Part shown: piece by piece, positions 1-13,050 of the stretch
Layout: each line of letters starts with the position of its first letter
How positions within the stretch are numbered: the stretch's first letter is position 1
Source of the DNA: Chiloscyllium plagiosum
Taxonomy: Eukaryota
Assembly: GCF_004010195.1 (NCBI RefSeq)
Contig: NC_057754.1
Location: forward strand, 12,445,553 to 12,509,552
Direction: 5' to 3'
DNA: 64,000 nucleotides
Notes under the pieces: model-generated
Database searches by the model: none
What the model saw: the letters and a program-made list of their open reading frames with translations, nothing else
What the model was told of the DNA's origin: nothing
Translations under genes and position numbers: made by a program

Positions 1-200
1 CATCCTAGTTGGGAAAAGACAAACGTCTTCACACTGGTTGAGGCCGTACATCTGTTCTGAATGAGGGTAGGCATTTTATTATTCATCCTAGCTGGTGAAA
101 CTCTGGCAAGTTCACAGTGCTGAGTTCATCGATTATGCCTGTGTTCATTCAGTTATCCCACATGCAGACAAACTGGCGAGTTTACAAGCAACTGGAAAGC
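1..200 (+). pseudogene. Degenerate C2H2 zinc-finger gene remnant (3' part)
   Basis: cac act ggt (HTG) followed, across a frameshift, by RPYICSE and a decayed F..SS.L..H..VH pattern with stops. Confidence 0.5.
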
Positions 201-1725
201 CCAGATTCTGCATTGGTGCAGAATCAATTGATGATGCTGTAATTCAATCTCTGAAGTGAACCATGTTCACTCTAATGATCCTGATTTGTTGATGTGTTTT
301 TACATTCTGGATAAATGCTAAATTAAACACCTTTTATGAGGCATTTTTGTAATCTTTGCCTTTCCCTCCTAAGTATTTCAAGTCAGCTGGCTAGAGTCAG
401 AAAGGACAATCTGGAAGAGGATCGCATATCAGAAACAGACCTCCAAACTGGATTCAGTCCATCAGTGTCACACAGAGAGGGGCAAATGCGACTTTAGTCT
501 TTGTCATTTCCCTTAACATGCAGCTGAGTTCTTATGATGTTGATTTTCACGTGCATAATAAATATTTTTGAGTACCTCTGTTCCTTGATTCAGATACGGA
601 GGACTAGCTTCCTTGCAAATGTGTTTAGAGTCAGGAAGAACAACATTAAATGGCAGAAACTTGCGTCAAACTGATGTTTTTGTCACACAAAACAATGAAC
701 TGCATATACTGAAGATCTATTCTGACTGAAAGTGTAATGCCAGTGTAAGTTTTCAGTCTGACAATGGCAATTGATAATTGGACAACATTTGTACCTGCTT
801 GTGCTACAGTCTTGATTTATCGATCAAAATCTCAATTAAAATGCAATATTTAAAAGATATAGTAAGATTGCTGATGTTGGTGTAAAATTTCATCGCTCAG
901 CTCCTTCAAAAGTTGTTATAATTTAATTCCCAGAAAAAGAATGGCGCATTGTGTCCAGGAATTTTCTCTTGTATTCATGTTGCATCACACACACTTTTGC
1001 TTAATTATAGCTGACTGCTGCTGGTGAGTTAATATGGAATGCATTAACTGAAAGCCTAATCAAAACAAATTTAAAAGAACTTTCAAAAGGAAATTTGAAG
1101 TATGTTTATAACGGGCTTTGGAGAAAGATTGGGGAAGTGGAACAATTGGACTGTTGTTTAATAGAGTTTACTGGATTGGCCAGTTCTCCTGTCAAGTTAT
1201 ATTGTTTAATCTAATGTAAACGGATGCAATTTCATTGTTGAAGCTGCTGTTTGTGTTATTAGCATGTGGAAGAAGGACAGCAGCCGTCTTACACAATACT
1301 ATGGTCAAGCTGTAGATGCGAATCTAATTTCAGAATCATTAGACAGTGAATTTGACGTCTGACTTAAAACCTGGTCAAATCAACCAGTGTCTAATCGCTC
1401 ATCAGCTTTATGGTGACTATCTGAAGCAATAAACACATTAATCATTGTTTCTGTGGATTACATTAGGGCATGAAAGAATTTATCCCAAATGTACCGCACT
1501 GGACAGTGTCACACTTCAAACTTGGATGGTTATTACTGCAGTTGGTCCAGTTATAATTTACTTTAACCTAGGCCCTAGATCAGAAATTCCTGTACGAGAA
1601 ACTATCAATTGATAATATTTCAGGCCGCATGAGTAACCTCTGTTTCCAATATGTGTCAGTTTATATTAATTCAGAACCTGTTGAAAAAATATTCACACAT
1701 CAAATACATGGCTTTCAAGCGTGCG

Positions 1726-1740
1726 TGAGAGAGAGAGAGA
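1726..1740. repeat. (GA)n microsatellite
   Basis: gagagagagagaga run seen directly. Confidence 0.8.
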
Positions 1741-2232
1741 TGGTGGAGAAGGTGGAAGGTGCAGAACAATGTACCCAAGGAAAGGTCAGCTGTTAAAAAA
1801 TGTGTATGACTTTCAACCACAATAAATCACTTAACAAAACTATTGACAATCGTTTATTAGATCTTAATTTAACCCTCAGATGATTCTGATTCTCAGCAAA
1901 CAATCAAATAAAAGTAATGACATTTATGGACTCATACATTTTATCACAAACAGCTACTCATTGACTGCGTATCATATTCAAATGTGTGATCAGATCTCAA
2001 TTGTCGAATGTCATTATCAGGAGTTTACTTTCAATCAGTTGGAATAACAAGACTGAGAAATACATTCGGAAGTTTTGTTCCTGCCCAGTTATAATGTTAA
2101 AATTCATGAATATTAACCTAGACCATATTGTAATTTTTCTGATTGGTAACTGGTGAAGGAAGAAATCAGAACCGATCTTTACTGGACTATTCTGGAACAG
2201 ATTTACCTATAGTGAGTGAAACGTTGCAGATA

Positions 2233-2350
2233 GGCTCTGCTGTGATGCGGTGGTAGTGTCCCTCCCCGTGAACAGGGAGACGTGGGTTCAAGTGCCAGGT
2301 GCTTCACAGATGTGTGATAACATCTCTGAGAAGTTAGATTAGAGAAATAC
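2233..2350 (+). mobile_element. Short tRNA-derived SINE, copy 1
   Basis: A-box-like gcggtggtag, B-box-like gggttcaagtgcc; paralogous to 6052-6170. Confidence 0.65.
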
Positions 2351-2367
2351 AGTTATTTTAATTCATT

Positions 2368-2523
2368 TAGAACATAGAACATAGAAGAATACAGCGCAGT
2401 ACAGGCCCTTTGGCCCTCGATGTTGCGCCGATCCAAGCCCACCTAACCTATACTAACCCACTATCCTCCATATACCTATCCAATGCCCGCTTGAATGCCC
2501 ATAAAGAGGGAGAGTCCACCACT
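2368..2523 (-). mobile_element. 5'-truncated CR1 LINE 3' end
   Basis: Near-exact reverse complement of 5268-5420, including the (ctatgtt)n tail. Confidence 0.9.
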
Positions 2524-3220
2524 GAAATATTGCAGGTAAATAGTTGCTGACTGTCTATTATTTGTATTCCAGTTACTGCTTTTTATAATTATTTTTCATC
2601 AACTTCTCCGGCAGGCTACAAATAAATCCGCTGAGATATATGGGAATTGAACCTCCATTTTTTTGTTTACCAGAGGCAGGGACGCTGCTTTAGCACTTCA
2701 AAATCGTTTTAGCTATTCTCCAAGAAGGGAGACAGTAGTTAAGCTCAATTGAGCTCAAGTATAGAAAATACATACCATATACAGAGAAGGAGGGATAAGG
2801 CATAAGTGGATCAACGGAGGTGTTGAATTAAAATATTGAGACCAACTGCAGTCTGTGTGTTTATTCTTGATGCTGTCAGTGTGAGGTGAACCTCACATGC
2901 AGGAAATCTGCTCGTGCTGATAACATGAAACTGACCACTTGATTCATTCTCAGGCAACGCAATTTCCTGTCTCTTTGTTGCCAGTTTCAAAACACGCTTC
3001 TCACGTCTGAGCAGAAAATACATGTGGGACCGCTATCAAGTGGAAACATCTGGCCACAGGAGCAGTGCAGAGTCCCACAGATCACATTGCACTGACACTT
3101 TAAAATGCACCTGTTATTACTGTTTAAATCATAATTTCAGGACAAACTGGCGGGCTCTGTGGAGCTCACAATATTAGGCCTTATGTTATGATTTACTTAT
3201 AATGTTATCCCTCATCGCAG

Positions 3221-5510
3221 TTAGATAAGATTCCCGTCAGTATGGAAACATTCCCTTCTGCCCAACAAGTCCGCACCGGCCCTCTGAAGAGTAATCCAAC
3301 CAGACATATTCCCCATATTACCCCTGACTAATACATGTAACACTAAGGAAAATTGAGCATGATCAATTCACCTGACCGGCACATATGTTTGGATTGTGGG
3401 AGGAAACCGGAGCACACAAGGGAAACCCACGCAGACACGGGTAGAATGTGCAGACTCTAGTGATGGAGAGGGATAAGTGTGCACTGCAGGGCAAGAGTTA
3501 TAGCTGGGGGGCAGGGAAATTATGATGCGGTGAGGCATGACTTAGGATGCGTGGCTTGGAAAAGTAGGCTTCAAGGCAAGGGCGTAATTGATACGTGGAG
3601 CTTGTTCAAGGAGCAACTATTGAGTGTCCTTGATAAGTATGTACCCGTCAGGCAGGGAGGAAAGGGTCGTGTGAGGGAGCCGTGGTTTAATAAGGAATTG
3701 GAATCCCTTGTTAAATGGAAGAGGGCGGCCTATGTAAAGATGAGGCATGAAGGTTCAATTGGGGCGATTGAGAGTTATAAGGTAGCCAGGAAGGACCTGA
3801 AGAGAGAGCTAAGAGCAGCAAGGATGGTATATGAAAGGTCCTTAGTTGGTAGGATTAGGGAAAACCCTAAGGCTTTCTATAGGTATGTCAGGAAAAAAAG
3901 AATGACTAGGGTAGGAATAGGACCAGTCCAGGATAGGAGTGGGAAGTTGCGTGTGGAGGCTGAAGAGATTGGGGAGTCACTGAATGAATACTTTTTGTCA
4001 GTATTCACTCAGGAACAGGACATTGTTGCCGATGTGAATACTGAGTCACAATTAATTAGAATGGACGGCTTTGAGGTATGTAGGGAAGAGGTGTTGGAAA
4101 TTCTGGAAAGGGTGAAAATAGATAAGTCCCCTGGGCCTGATGGCATTTATCCTAGGATTCTCTGGGAAGCAAGGGGGGAGATTGCAGAGCCATTGGCCTT
4201 GATTTTTCTCGTTGTCTACAGGAGTAGTGCCAGAAGACTGGAGGCTAGCAAATGTGGTTCCCTTGTTCAAGCAGGGGAGTAGGGATAACCCTAGCAACTA
4301 TAGGCCGGTGAGTCTCACTTCTGTTGTGGGCAAAGTCTTAGAGAAAATTGCAAGGGACAGGATTTATGAACATCTGGATAGGAATAATGTGATCAAGGAT
4401 AGTCAGCATGGTTTTGTGAAGGGCAGGTCGTGCCTCACAAACCTTATTGAATTCTTTGAGAAGGTGACTAAGGAGGTGGACAAGGGGAAAGCCGTAGATG
4501 TGGTGTATATGGATTTTAGTAAGTCGTTTGATAAGGTTCCCCATGGTAGGCTACTTCAAAAAATACGGAGGTACGGCATTGAGGGTGAGTTGGAGGTTTG
4601 GATTAGGATTTGGCTGGCTTGAAGAAGACAGAGGGTAGTAGTTGATGGTAAAGGTTCATCTTGGAGTGCCGTTACTAGCGGTGTTCCGCAAGGATCTGTT
4701 TTGGGACCATTGCTGTTTGTCATTTTTATAAATGACCTGGAGGAGGGGCTAGAAGGTTGAGTGAGCAAGTTTACGGATGATACGAAAGTCGGTGGAGTTG
4801 TTGACAGGAAGGATGTGTCAGGTTACAGCGGGATATAGATAAGCTGCAGAACTGGGCAGAAAGATGGCAAATGGAGTTCAATTCATGTTGCAGTTGTATA
4901 AAACTCTGGAGTATTGTGTGCAGTTTTGGTCGCCATACTATAGGAAGGATGTGGTGGCACTGGAACGGGTGCAGAGGAGGTTTACCAGGATGTTGCCTGG
5001 TATGGTAGGAAGATCGTATGAGGAAAGGTTGAGGCACTTGGGGTTGTTTTCATTGGAGAAAACAAGGTTTAGGGGTGACTTGATAGAGGTGTACAAGATG
5101 ATTAGGGGTTTAGATAGGGTTGACCGTAAGAACCGTTTTCCACGTATAGAGTCAGCTAATACGAGGGGGCATAGCTTTAAATTAAGGGGTGGTAGATGTA
5201 GGACAAATGTTAGGGGTAGGTTCTTTACTCAGCGAGTCGTGAGTTCATGGAATGCCCTGCCAGTAGCAGTGGTGGACTCTCCCTCTTTATGGGCATTTAA
5301 CCGGGTATTGGATAGGCATATGGAGGATAGTGGGCTAGTGTAGGTTAGGTGGGCTTGGATCGGCGCAACATCGAGGGCCAAAGGGCCTGTACTGCGCTGT
5401 ATTCTTCTATGTTCTGTGTTCAATGTTCTACTCCACATAGGCAGTCATCCAAGGCCTGTCCCTGGCCCTCTGAGGCAGCAGTGCTAACCACTGAGCCACC
5501 ATGTCGCCCC
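3221..5510 (-). mobile_element. HE1/V-SINE split by a CR1 insertion (pieces 3221-3457 and 5430-5510)
   Basis: V-domain reverse complement ggaggaaaccggagcac...acccacgcagacacggg; head gcagcagtgctaaccactgagccacc resumes after the LINE. Confidence 0.85.
3458..5429 (+). mobile_element. CR1-clade LINE, 5'-truncated ORF2 (RT) with frameshifts and an internal deletion
   Basis: ORFs 3479-4282, 4212-4622 and 4864-5343 carry KSPGPDGIYPRIL, NYRPVSLTS, QHGFVKGRSCLTNL, YMDFSKSFDKV, EYCVQFWSP; short tandem 3' tail; ACTC at both junctions. Confidence 0.95.
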
Positions 5511-5929
5511 GTTATGATTCATTAACCAATAATTGGGCACCTCTGACCTAATTTAATCCTCCTCTTCTTCTGGCCTGACAACTGTTCATTCGGGATGTTC
5601 ATCATCTATATTCCCACTCCTTCAACCATTTTTAATTGGAATATTAATTATATCCTGACCATTGCGAATTGTGTATCAGAACATCAAGTTCTTTGAAGAT
5701 TGCAGCATTATGTATTCCCTCTCCATTGAAAGAATAATGAACTTTCTTATCCTACATGCCAACGCGAAAAATCTTTAATTCACATATTTCAATGATCTGG
5801 GATACTTTGCCCACACATTTAATCTCATCTATAGCCATTCTCTGTACATAAGCACAGCCGCAGTGGGCACTGTTTGTATATCTGCTTTGCACATGTGAAG
5901 ATGTTCAATAACTGATTCAACCTGTTGAG

Positions 5930-6440
5930 ATACCAGCGAGTTCATAATGCGATCTTAAATTTTAAATGTTGTGACTGCGAGTTGAGCTTTAAAAGCGGCA
6001 ATAGCCTGCTGAGACACTAACGCACTCACACTGGAGAGAACGTTGCAAATAGGCTCTCTTGAAATGTGGTGGTCGTGTCGCTCCCCGTGAAGAGAGAGAC
6101 CTGGGTTCAAGTGCCATGTGCTTCACAGGTGTGTGGTAACATCTCTGAAAAGCTAGATTACAGAAATACGTATTATTTATTTATTTATTTGAAATATTGC
6201 ACCTGCTCTGTGAGTAAGACAGGTTTCAGTCGGCCATCTGCACTGGTGACACACCACAAATTCACATTGGGGAAAGGTCATTCACTTGCTCCATGGGTTT
6301 AAACGACTTCATTTTTGCATCACTTCTGAAACGCCAATGCACTCGCATCAAGGAGAGGCTATTCACTTGCTCTGTCCATGGGAAGGTGTTCACTTAGTCA
6401 TCCAACCTACTGCAACGTCAGCGAATTCACAACGAACTAT
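5930..6440 (+). pseudogene. C2H2 ZNF pseudogene fragment interrupted by a SINE (6052-6170)
   Basis: HTGE-like linkers (cacactggagag, cacattggggaaagg, gagaggctattcacttgc), cagcgaattcac (QRIH); many stops. Confidence 0.7.
6052..6170 (+). mobile_element. Short tRNA-derived SINE, copy 2
   Basis: Aligns to 2233-2350; B-box gggttcaagtgcc. Confidence 0.65.
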
Positions 6441-6914
6441 CGTCTGTTCAAACTAATGGTATTGCTGTGTTTCATCACAGCAAGGACTGAAATAGCAAAT
6501 TAAACCTGATTGGTGCAAAAAAATGTGTTCCGGCCACTTTCTGCCATGGTTTAGAGCTCGTGGACATGAACAGAAGATCTTTTGCTAGATCTTCTGATTT
6601 GGAGTCAGAAATAACAATGGTGAAGGTTGGCATTCTGTTGGAAAATTGGAGACTATTATAAAAGTATGCCCTTTCCTGACGAACGGAACCACTAGCTTCT
6701 GCTACTTTGGTAAAGCCCAGACAGGAACAATGCCTTCCATTGTTACTATGTGATTTTTCAGCCATCTCTTTTATAAGTTATTACATTTTCCTAGTTATTA
6801 TAACATTTCGTTCATGTGATATTCGTGTTTGAACTTTTTATGTTCCCTGTCCTTGTGAATTAAGAGAGCTGCAGAAATGTTTCATGTCTGAGGGATTGCA
6901 GTTTGGACTATTTG

Positions 6915-7510
6915 TATTGGGCAGAGCATTGAGCTTTAGATTTCGGAGGTCATGTTGCGGCTGTGTAGGACATTGCTTAGACCACTTTTGGAATATTGCG
7001 TGCATTTCTGGTCTTATTCCTATCGGAAAGATGTTGTGAAACTTAAAAAGGTTCAGAAAAGATTTACATGGATGTTGCCAGGTTGGGGGGTTTGAGCTAC
7101 AGGGAGAGGCTAAATAAGCTGGGACTGTTTTCCCTGGAGCGTCGGAGGCTAAGGGATTGTCTTATAAAATCACGAAGGGCATGAATAGGATAAATAAGCG
7201 AGGTCTTTTCCTTGGGGTGGGAAAGTTCAGAAATAGAATGCATAGGTTTAGGTGAGAGGAAAAATGTTTAAAAGGGACTTAAGGAGCAATTGTGTCTCAC
7301 AGGTGGTAGTGCATGTATGGAATGAGGTTGGTGGAGGTTGGCACATTTACAGTATTTAAAATGATGCGTACTTGAATAGGAAGGGTTTAGAGGGATATGG
7401 GCCAGGTGCTGGATAATAGGACTACATTATATTATGATATCTGTTCGGCATGGACTAGTTGGACGAAAGAGTTTGTTTCCGTGTAGTGCACCTCTATGAA
7501 CCTATGACTG
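6915..7510 (+). mobile_element. CR1 LINE 3' fragment
   Basis: RPLLEYCVHFWS..RKDVVKL..VQKRFT motif and CR1 3' tail (ctatga repeats). Confidence 0.85.
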
Positions 7511-7754
7511 TATTTTCAACATCATTCGCTCTGTGTCTGCTGGTTTAATAACTAAACCACAACAATTATGTGTTAGTCTTTTTTAATATTGTAGAATGAA
7601 AATGTCAACCAACCAACATGCATTTGTTGAGTTAACAATCGTCACTGGAAAAAAGAACGTATTTTCCGCTTGCATGTTTACATCTTTCTGCTGTTTTATC
7701 TCTCTACCATTTTAACATGAGTCCACGCAAAAAAAAATTGAAGAAAAAAAATCT

Positions 7755-8066
7755 GCACGGTGGCACAGTGGTTAGCACTGCTGCCTCACAGCGCCAGAGA
7801 CCCGGGTTCAATTCCCGCCTCAGGCGACTGACAGTGTGGAGTTTGCACGTTCTCCCCGTGTCTGTGTGGGTTTCCTCCGGGTGCTCCGGTTTCCTCCCAC
7901 AGTCCAAAGATGTGCAGGGTCAGGTGAATTGGCCATACTAAATTGCCCGTAGTGTTAGGTAAGGGGTAAATGTAGGGGTATGGGTGGGTTTCGCTTCGGC
8001 GGGTCGGTGTGGACTTGTTGGGCCGAAGGGCCTGTTTCCACACTGTAAGTAATCTAATCTAATCTA
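7755..8066 (+). mobile_element. HE1/V-SINE, near full length and young
   Basis: A-box tggcacagtgg (7761), B-box ggttcaattcc (7805), V-domain, CR1-like 3' end with (aatct)n tail, A-rich flanks. Confidence 0.92.
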
Positions 8067-8719
8067 AAAAAAAACTGAATCACACTGACACATGGTGGAA
8101 AATATAAACTTAGCCACTAAAAATGACAGAATCCTCAGCAATGCAATCATCCCCAACTTGAATATGAGCACACGGCTCACAGCAGACTAAAAATAAAATA
8201 GAATTGTTGAATGAAGCACGATCCAACACTTCATGTCCTTTACTAAATAGCGAACACTTAATATTTTCGCACTGCAGTGAATACTTAGTTTTTGCGCAGG
8301 AGTAAGTGCACTTGAGAATTAACAAACTGGAAAGTTACCATTTACAATTCTACAGCACGTATAAATTCCTCTGAGTCTGTTAGTGGACCAGTGCACTGAA
8401 TAGGTTAAGATTTCCTCTTCGCCAAACTGGATTTATTGGGTTGAATGATTTCATCTGGCTACATGATTTCATAAAATTAAATATTTAGTATATAGATAGG
8501 GAACACGAGTGGAATCAATGACTGTAGGATTTGAATATCGAAAGAGTTAGCCCTTCAGTAGTGCTCCGAATGTGAAGAAGTGAGAATTTTTATCTCCAGA
8601 CTTTGGACGATAAAACCTCGTTTAAAAACAGGCGAATTTAAGAAATGGTGGAGAAAAACATGATAATTCATTTATTTTCCAACGAATTTGCGTGTTTGAC
8701 ATTGCATTGAGAAACTAAC

Positions 8720-9300
8720 CACCGAATGGCTGACACCTATTTTGTTGAGTTAGAACAAGCACAGTATGTGTACATGTTTTTTTTCTGTCTGCAAATGACA
8801 GGGTCTTGAATACTAACACATATGGCTTCCAATGCACGCAACTGAATAATACAGTCAGCTGGACTGAGAACTCTAAATTGGGTGTGAGTGTACTTCGTAG
8901 CAATTGACAATTGCAAATACTAACTATCGATACTTGAACATGTTCCACAATTGGAGAATTAGACTTAATGCTGGCTGCAGTGTTTTGAATTTTGCGAGCA
9001 TGGTCTGGTTAAGTATGGTCAGCACCTTGTCGCTCCAATCAAAGTGAAATATTGCTTGATATAATCAGTCAGTCTTCCGGGTTATGGCTGCATGACTGGC
9101 CTCGCACTGATATGAAACTAATATCCCACGTTGCACAATTGATTGACAGGCAAACATTTCTTTTATTGGACGACAACGTTCTGTTGGTATTGAACACCAC
9201 CATCCTGTTACTCCTAGTTGCAGCAGCAGGTTGAATCAGCTGTTTTCCATTGACGCTTAAACACTGAAGAGACTTTGCCATTCCAGCATACAGTGAGATT
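8720..9300 (-). mobile_element. Decayed Penelope-like element (GIY-YIG endonuclease region)
   Basis: Minus strand gives VVFNTNRTLSS.. and QLRALEAICVSIQDPVICRQKK; related to 15650-15960. Confidence 0.6.
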
Positions 9301-10039
9301 CACAGATTGAAATGTGATAACGTTTGGCTTTACTTGAACTGCACAATATGCAGCAAGAGACGAGATGGTATTGTCATGGGATTCTTATTGGATTGCAAGA
9401 GAAGTGTGTCGTCAATGGATTGGCACCTAGCCTATCTGTATTTTGCCTTGTAATTGTTTGATATGTGGAATGCCAGAGGAAATGATAGATGTAGGCTCCA
9501 TTGCAACATATATTAAAAAGGATAAGTTAAAAAAAACAGATAGGTTAGGTTAATTCCATTAACGACATGTTTCTCCTGGGGAAAAAAAATAAGTTTGCAG
9601 GGATCCCATGACAATACTATCTGGTCTCTAGGAAAGGAAGCTGCTTTGCTTAACTGGTTTAGCCACCACATGACCCCAGGTGCACAGTAATGTAGTTAAC
9701 GAGGTAATTAAGGATGGGCAATAAATACTAACTTAACTAGCGAAGCCTTCGTTCCATGAACAAATAGAAAGCCGCACTTAGGAATTACTGGTTGGCAAAT
9801 GTAGATAACATGAGGTCATTTCGAGACACACCAGCCAGCAAAACACAGACTGCTCAATGAGATCATCCCTCATTATTCTAAATTCAAGAGACAACAGACT
9901 CATCCTTGTTCATCTCCACGTGAAACACCTCGTCTCATGGACCAATTCAGTGTTAGCAGAGAGATAACTCGCAAAAAAAAAACTCACGACAAAGATAGTT
10001 ACCATTTAACCTGGTGAACTGCTTTTATTTTGAAGAGCA

Positions 10040-10870
10040 GTGTGATTCATTGATCAGGAATAACATTCTGCAAGCGAAAACAGCAGGAATTACCCAATGT
10101 ACGCAGATATCTAATGAACACAGTCCACCAATTTCTCAGCAACAAACGCAAACAAGCAGACAAAACACGCCCAGAAACCCAAGCCACTCTCCCCTACATC
10201 AAAGACATCTCGGAAATGACTGTCAGGCTACTCAGACCCCTTGGTGTCATGGTGGCCCACAAACCCACCAACACAATAAAACAGCAGTTAATGGACTTGA
10301 AAGATCCTATACAGACAACAAGCAAAACTAATGTCATTTACAAAATACAGTGCAAGGACTGTAACAAACACTACATTGGACAAACAGGCAAAAAACAAAC
10401 TAGCCACCAGGATACATGAATACCAACTAGCCACAAAAAGAAATGACCCTTTATTACTCGTATCCTTACATACGGATGAGGAAGAACACCACTTCGACTG
10501 GGACAACACATCCATCCTAGGACAAGCCAAACAGAGATGCACACGAGAATTCCTAGAAGTATGGCATTCCAACCGGAATTCTATCAACAAACACATCGAG
10601 TTAGACCCCATCTACCACCCCCTTGAGAAAAGGAACAAGAAGTGATTTCATCACAGGAAATGACATCCCCAGAAGTAATGACATCACCAACCCAAAGAAA
10701 CCCAAACATATAAATAGAAAGCAGGAATTATCAGCAGTGCTTCGCCTGAGGAGCACTGAAGATGTTACCTAGTAGGGTGACAAAACGTCTGGAAATGAAC
10801 CTTCCAGCTCAGCGTGCAAACCTACATGCAAAACCTCAACCTGAGCTACAAATCTTCTCAAAACTCGCTA
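10040..10870 (+). mobile_element. Penelope-like element 3' fragment (GIY-YIG endonuclease plus terminal repeat)
   Basis: TLPYIKDISE...NVIYKIQCKDCNKHYIGQTG / LATRIHEYQ...HHFDWDN..IL..A..R.FLE, split by one frameshift. Confidence 0.92.
10756..10790 (+). ncRNA. Degenerate minimal hammerhead ribozyme in the PLE 3' terminus
   Basis: CTGAAGA, stem II gttacc/ggtgac, AAAA in place of GAAA, then CGTC. Confidence 0.65.
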
Positions 10871-11109
10871 AAATCCCGATGGGATGCTTGGATTGAGGTT
10901 CTCAGCTCCAAATCTGTCCCTTCTAAGATCATGTGAAGTTTATTTCGAACAGAACAGAACAGTGTCAAAGCGAGAACTGACAAAACCATAAAGGTAGGCT
11001 ACGAAAGTGTCTAATAATTTCTGGGGCAGACACTATGAAAACTTTTCAATAAAAGCTACCTACTTGTTAAAAAAACACAAAAATGCCACCCAGTTAGACT
11101 ACATAAGTC

Positions 11110-11420
11110 TTTGATGGGAGGAAGGACAGAAAGAAGGCTGAGGGGAGAGAATAAAAGAAAGAGAGATGGGACGAAAGAATGCATGGTAGGGGAGATCAAA
11201 GAGGATGTCGTGTTGGGGTGGTGGCCGGGGACATATTATGTGTAGGAAGAATGAAAGAAAGTGCAGTGGGGAAGACAGGCCAGAATGTGAGAAGAGTGGC
11301 CACAACATGAAGTGTTCAGGAGTAAAAAAGAGGAATGAGAGTAGGAGCATGAGGATGGAGTAGCGAAGGCAATACGAGAGAATGAGAGTGTATTCAGAAC
11401 GTAAATTGGAGGGGGTCCAG
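11110..11420. repeat. Purine-rich low-complexity tract
   Basis: G/A-biased with no fixed period. Confidence 0.6.
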
Positions 11421-11954
11421 GAGACTTGACCTTTCACCCTTCTGTCAGTCTCCTAATTACTGGGAATCTGTAGCCCACACTATCTGTGCTGACTCTGTAA
11501 CAGATCTGTCCAATTAATTTCACAGTCTCCTGTCAAAACAAAGCCTATCTACTGCAGTATGGCAAGAGGTGAATGGAAACCTTCTGTATTTGGTTACATC
11601 TCAGACCTATTCACTCTACAGATTGCTCAATTGCACCGTTTACACAACATATATTAAGTATTAATTAGTTAGTAAAGAACACAGAACCTCAGGATTTAAT
11701 GTATAAATCTCAACTTCCCATAGCTTACCGTGACATTATTAATGTGGGTCCAAGGCATAGCGCAAAGAAGAACTAATGCAACATTTGCACATCTCCAAAT
11801 ACTGAAATGCCAGTTAGATCGTTGACACTTGCTATATTCTAGAGCAACAACAGTGATGAGAGCCATCATAAAGGGATATGATGATCTGTTTAAAAGAAAA
11901 ACACTGGCTTGTCTGCTACCTAGATAACCAAACTAAGTAAAAACCGACAGCACG

Positions 11955-12090
11955 GCAGAGGCTGTAAATCAGAAAAAAAAACAGAAACTGCTGAGAAAAC
12001 TCAGCAGCTCTGGCAGTCTCTGTGGAGAGAAACCAGATTTAATGTTTTGGGTCCAGTGTACCTTCCTCAGACCTGTAATTTCTGTTTTTA
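11955..12090 (-). mobile_element. Short PLE-terminus-like repeat with a degenerate hammerhead motif
   Basis: Reverse complement of 12039-12071 reads CTGAGGA-agg...ccc-AAAA-cattaa. Confidence 0.5.
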
Positions 12091-12229
12091 TAGCAACATC
12101 AAACACTCCACTCCTGATCAGTCTACAGTCACTGCCCAAGACAATTTGGCTCAGTAAGACTTTTCTGCCCAGTGGAATCCAACTTCCAATTGCCACTTAT
12201 TAGGCTCAAGACCAGTTTCTCCCAAATTC

Positions 12230-13050
12230 CAAAAAATCTCAGCAAAATTAATGAAGGCCAGTGTTCCAAAAGCCTTCGTCACTGCCTGTCTACTTGTCAC
12301 TCCACTTTCAGAGAACCTTGCATCTTAACTTCAAGGACCTTCTCTTCCATCACACACCTTAAGGCCCCATCATATAACATGAAACTCCGACTTTGATTTA
12401 ACTTCACAAAATGCAAGACCTCCCAGTTATCAATATTGAACTCCATTTGCCAATTCTGGTTCCATATCCTCACCTGATCTGGATCCTGCTGCTAATTCTG
12501 ACAACTAGTCTCACTGTCCATGATCCCGCCTATGTTAGTGTTTTCTGAAAATTTATTCATCATATCGTGCACATTCTCATCAAATCATTGATATGGATAA
12601 CAAACAGCAATGGGTCCAGCACTGACAATGAGTCACACCATAGGTCACCGGCCTCCAGTTGCACAAGCATCCTTGCAGTAATACACTCTGCTTCCTGGCA
12701 TGTCGCGAATTGTGTTTCTAATTTGTCAGCTTTCCCTGGATTCCATGTGATTGACCATGTGGAATTCTATAAAAGGCCTAACTAAAATTCTTATAGACTA
12801 CATCTATCACCCTGGGTCATCAACCGTCCTGGTCACTTCATTAAAGAACCCTAACAAATTTGTGAGGTATGATCTCCCACACACAAAGTTGACTGCTCCT
12901 AATCAAACTACATATTTCTAAAGGTATACCTATCCTATGCCTCAGACACTTCTCAAGGAACTCAAATACCACACATTCTAGGTGTACTGGGGTATCATTA
13001 CATTGATTTTCTTTATATACCTTCTTGAAAATTATTTGCCTCATAATGAC
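12230..13050 (-). mobile_element. Decayed CR1 LINE RT fragment
   Basis: Reverse-complement CR1 motifs (gggtccagcactga, catctatcaccctg, gtgaggtatgatctccc). Confidence 0.7.

Noticed and set aside
2880-2897. Hairpin tgtgagg-tgaa-cctcaca
   Set aside because: A 7-bp stem is expected by chance in 64 kb and has no supporting context.
7755-7825. tRNA-like heads here and at 2233, 6052, 25850 and 31830 as tRNA genes
   Set aside because: They continue into SINE bodies, so they are SINE Pol III heads.
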